Origin: Desulfatiglandales bacterium
Lineage (GTDB): Bacteria > Desulfobacterota > DSM-4660 > Desulfatiglandales > Desulfatiglandaceae
Assembly (NCBI GenBank): GCA_963662465.1
Contig: OY759599.1
Span: 4,320,001 to 4,384,000, forward strand
Direction: 5' to 3'
Length of the DNA stretch: 64,000 bases
A program made the position numbers and the translations under genes. The notes under the pieces were generated by a model. That model searched no databases. It worked only from the letters and a program-made list of their open reading frames with translations, and was not told the DNA's origin. Shown one piece after another: positions 60,634 to 64,000 of this stretch; positions within the stretch are counted from its first letter, which is position 1, and every line of letters starts with the position of its first letter.

Positions 60634-62715
60634 ATGAAAAAGAAAGCAGTTAAAGTGATAACGGGGCTCATAATTATCCTCATGTTCTGTTCCAATTCAT
60701 ACGGCGAATCCAGTGAAAAAGACAAAATGGAGCAGTTGGAAGTCATTACCGTTACCGCCCAAAAAAAGGAAGAAAACGTTCAGAAGGTACCCATCAGCAT
60801 GGATGTTTTTTCAGAGACGGAGATGGAAGATGCAAGGATCCTGGATGTACCTGAGATGGTGCGCTTTTCCCCCAACGTGAGCATGATGGAGCGGTCCTGC
60901 GAACATATTGTCGTCATCAGAGGCATCTCGCCTTTTCGGGGAACAACCTATTCAAACGCAGGATTTTACGTGGATGATGTGAGTTATCCGTTGCATTACG
61001 GCCAAAACATTGACTTTTTCGATCTTGAACGGGCGGAAGTCCTCAAAGGCCCTCAGGGCACGCTGTATGGAAGAAACGCTGAAAGCGGCGTCATCAACAT
61101 CATTACCAAACAACCCGGAAATCAATTCAGTGGGAAGTTATTGGCCGAATACGGGAACTACAATTCATTCAGGTCCGTTGCCAATGTCAGTGGACCCGTC
61201 GTGGACGATACGCTGTACCTGGGAGGCGCGTTTCAGTTCCGGTCTTCGGACGGATATGTGGAAAACCAATCCAACGGCGACGATCGGGCCGATGATTTGA
61301 AACATTTGGCCGGACGCGCCACCTTGCGATGGACCCCATCTGATTTGTGGGACATATCTCTGATGGCGAACATCATGAATGCCGACGATCATGGCGCCGA
61401 AACCCGTTTTCTGACCGGCCCCCACGAAACAGCGCCCCATAAGGTCCGAAGGGATACCGATGCCTTCTTGAAACAGAACTGGAACAGCCAGATTATACGC
61501 GTGAAATATAACTCGGACGCCTTCGATTTTCTATCGGTTACCGGCTTGCTGTATCAGGATCTCGATAAGGTCAATGACTGCAATTTATGGGATAACCCCA
61601 AGGACAAAAGGATAAATCCCACGCAGATGAAAGAGCGGCAATACAGCCAGGAGTTCCGGATATCTTCACAGGCAGGACCCGTTGAATGGCTTGCGGGTTT
61701 ATACGGATTTATTGAGGACTCGCGCTTTAATTACAAATATGAAATTGTTTCGGCGAAAAAGATCTATATGAACCCAATTACCGATGTAGATGCCAGGGGA
61801 TGCGCCGCTTTCGGAGAGGGAACCTATACGTTTTTTGAAAAATTACACCTGACGGCGGGCCTGCGCCTGGATCATGAGGAAATGGAGGGCGATCTCAAAG
61901 ATCCGGTTCAACGTAAGGCCTACAACAAAGACCTGCGCTTTAATGAGGTCTTGCCGAAGTTTTCCCTTTCCTATGATGCTTCAAGGGAGATTATGGCCTA
62001 TGCCTCCGTATCCAAAGGCTATTTGGTGGGCGGATACAATTGGGGAATGACCGGAAGCCTGGAAACCTTTTCCTACGACCCTGAATACACCTGGAACTAT
62101 GAAACAGGCATAAAATCCACCTGGCTGAATGGCAAACTGATGGCCAACCTGTCGATTTTTTATATCTCCATTGACGACAAACAGGTTTCGGAATTACATC
62201 CAACCATTGCCATGACAACCATCACCAATGCGGCAAAAGCCCATTCCCAGGGCCTTGAGTTGGAAATTCAGGCAAAACCGATCAGAGGCTTAAACCTGTC
62301 CGCGGGATTCGGCTGCAACGAAGCCAAATTTGACAGTTTTATGGCAAACGTGTGGAACGACGCCGGCACGGCTTTGATCCAAAGGAACTATGAAGGCAAC
62401 TATCTGGCCTACGCTCCCCAATACACTTATAATGTGAGCGCCCAATATCGGACTGTCAGCGGGGTTTTCGCCCGTGCCGATTTTTTGGGAACCGGCCCCT
62501 TTTACGGAGATGCGGCAAACAAGGCCGAACAGAAGGCATACGAAACCGTAAATATGCGTCTCGGATATGAGTGGGAAGGCTTTGATTTTTCCTTTTGGGT
62601 CGAAAATATCTTCGACAAGCAGTATTGCACCTTCCTGAGCCCCTTTCAGCAATCCCTTGTGGGCATTGACGGGCCGCCTAGGACCTTCGGCGCGACGGCG
62701 GTCTGGCGATTTTGA
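60634..62715 (+). CDS. TonB-dependent receptor (intact paralog)
   Basis: ITVTAQK, LKGPQGTLYGRN, ENIFDKQY, ends WRF. Confidence 0.95.
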   Translation: MKKKAVKVITGLIIILMFCSNSYGESSEKDKMEQLEVITVTAQKKEENVQKVPISMDVFSETEMEDARILDVPEMVRFSPNVSMMERSCEHIVVIRGISPFRGTTYSNAGFYVDDVSYPLHYGQNIDFFDLERAEVLKGPQGTLYGRNAESGVINIITKQPGNQFSGKLLAEYGNYNSFRSVANVSGPVVDDTLYLGGAFQFRSSDGYVENQSNGDDRADDLKHLAGRATLRWTPSDLWDISLMANIMNADDHGAETRFLTGPHETAPHKVRRDTDAFLKQNWNSQIIRVKYNSDAFDFLSVTGLLYQDLDKVNDCNLWDNPKDKRINPTQMKERQYSQEFRISSQAGPVEWLAGLYGFIEDSRFNYKYEIVSAKKIYMNPITDVDARGCAAFGEGTYTFFEKLHLTAGLRLDHEEMEGDLKDPVQRKAYNKDLRFNEVLPKFSLSYDASREIMAYASVSKGYLVGGYNWGMTGSLETFSYDPEYTWNYETGIKSTWLNGKLMANLSIFYISIDDKQVSELHPTIAMTTITNAAKAHSQGLELEIQAKPIRGLNLSAGFGCNEAKFDSFMANVWNDAGTALIQRNYEGNYLAYAPQYTYNVSAQYRTVSGVFARADFLGTGPFYGDAANKAEQKAYETVNMRLGYEWEGFDFSFWVENIFDKQYCTFLSPFQQSLVGIDGPPRTFGATAVWRF

Positions 62716-62748
62716 AGGAACATGGAAACGTTGAGAATAACTTAACTG

Positions 62749-62940
62749 ATGCCGAGACATGCAAGGCTTCAAGGCTTGACACCCCGGGGGGCTTTGCATC
62801 ATGTCATTATCCGGGGAATAGAATAGAGAAGAATTGAATCCGTTTCAGGCAGGCCTCGTAAAGAAGATGCCGGAATTGGATCGATATCTGTGGTTTGGAC
62901 ATGCCGTCATTATGGGCAAAGCCAAGAACGACTGGCAAAC
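62749..62940 (+). pseudogene. Remnant of REP-associated tyrosine (HUH/Y1) transposase
   Basis: Frameshifted MPRHARL/DTP/ALHHVIIRGIE joined to LNPFQAGLV...LDRYLWFGHAVIMG...WQ. Confidence 0.7.
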
Positions 62941-63062
62941 GACCATACTTTTTTCTCGCAATTCGAGAATAACACAAATGTCTATATGGCGGCCAGATAT
63001 AGCTTTTAATACCGAGCATTCGGTGTTAGGTTGTGAAAAACAACAAAATAAGGAAAAATCAT

Positions 63063-63641
63063 ATGAAAACATCCCACAAAATCTTCGATGCCCCAGATAA
63101 AACTTTTGATCCTATTATGCTCAGACCAGTGGGTTTCATCCGAAACGAAATTGATGAGCCTTTTCTCAAGGCCGGAGAAGAGGGCATTGAAATGAACGAG
63201 CGGATGGCGACCGTAAAGGCCCAAGTTCGCAAAATTCGAAAAATGAAATCAGAAATCATCATCAACCCTGAGTTAGCGGGGATTCTGGAAGACATCGAAG
63301 CCTATTCCCATCTGGTAATCCTGTACTGGGCGCACAAGACGCCCGAAAAAAGCCGTTCCCTCACCCGGGTGCACCCCATGGGCAGAAAGGAAATACCCCT
63401 GACCGGTCTTTTTTCAACTTGCAGCCCGGCACGGCCCAACCCGATTCTCACAACCGTGGTTCGCTTATGCGGAAGAAAAGACAACGTCCTGGAAGTGGCC
63501 GGCATTGACGCCGTCAATGGAAGCCCCGTCATCGATATCAAACCGTATGCCAAGGAATGGTATCCTCAAAAAGAGGTTCGGACTCCGGAATGGATGCGGC
63601 GAATCATCGAAGAAGTTGGCGAAACCGACGAGGGTGCGTAA
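63063..63641 (+). CDS. TrmO/TsaA-like protein, copy 2
   Basis: Highly similar to 42451-43002. Confidence 0.85.
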   Translation: MKTSHKIFDAPDKTFDPIMLRPVGFIRNEIDEPFLKAGEEGIEMNERMATVKAQVRKIRKMKSEIIINPELAGILEDIEAYSHLVILYWAHKTPEKSRSLTRVHPMGRKEIPLTGLFSTCSPARPNPILTTVVRLCGRKDNVLEVAGIDAVNGSPVIDIKPYAKEWYPQKEVRTPEWMRRIIEEVGETDEGA

Positions 63642-63752
63642 AAAGCCGAATAAAGAGTCTGGAACCGTGAACAAAACCGGAACGGACACCAGAAGAATAA
63701 AAGTGGTTTTTCCGATACTGGGGTTTATTCTGGGTTTTGCCTGGATACTCAT

Positions 63753-64000
63753 TTAGTCTTCAAGGCCATAACCCGCGTTCCGCCAGGCAGTAAGCCCTCC
63801 TGCCAGGCTGTGAACATGGCTGAATCCATCCTGTTTGAGGTGGCTGGCCACAATGTTTGACCGATATCCGATGCCGCAAACCAAAATGACTTCCTCGTCT
63901 TTCGGAATGTTCAGACTCTTTTCCAGGATATCGGTCATGGGGACGTGGCGTGAATTCGGAATATGACCCTGGGCCCTTTCTTCGGGGGTCCGAACATCCA
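63753..64000 (-). CDS. Rhodanese domain (C-terminal part; gene starts beyond window)
   Basis: DVRTPEE...GHIP...CGIGYRS...LAGGLTAW. Confidence 0.88.
   Translation of the reverse strand, partial: DVRTPEERAQGHIPNSRHVPMTDILEKSLNIPKDEEVILVCGIGYRSNIVASHLKQDGFSHVHSLAGGLTAWRNAGYGLED

Noticed and set aside
1..64000. CRISPR array, cas genes, tRNA or rRNA
   Set aside because: No regularly spaced repeats with unique spacers and no recognisable cas or RNA genes seen by eye

Overview
Bacterial chromosomal window. The gene repertoire (tungsten-type AOR, sigma-54 activators, CCG protein, acyl-CoA dehydratase activase) suggests an anaerobic Desulfobacterota-like organism; this is inference. 1-18.6 kb is mostly housekeeping and catabolic: acyl-CoA ligases, pgl, AOR with two ubiquitin-like proteins, ilvA, putA, and a possible tandem Hfq/Sm-like protein. 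18.8-31.9 kb holds two diverged copies of a ~4.2 kb module (FG-GAP protein, XRE regulator, DUF2975, GAF-sigma-54 activator and a conserved divergent sigma-54 promoter). Each copy drives different cargo: a CMD/CCG/OYE redox operon, or a long LpxR-MMPL-LolA-like-barrel-activase-TrmO-FmdE-methyltransferase cluster. 45-63.6 kb is an AraC/MFS/TonB-dependent uptake locus that looks to be decaying. The standout is a cleanly delimited 4.7 kb IS21-derived transposon (49896-54620) that splits a TonB-dependent receptor gene. Besides istA/istB it carries co-oriented Zn-finger, winged-HTH and ParB-like genes, non-canonical CT...AG ends, a leader terminator, and a perfect 20-bp palindrome inside parB. No rRNA, tRNA or CRISPR array was seen. 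All family assignments come from motif recognition by eye; no database searches were run.
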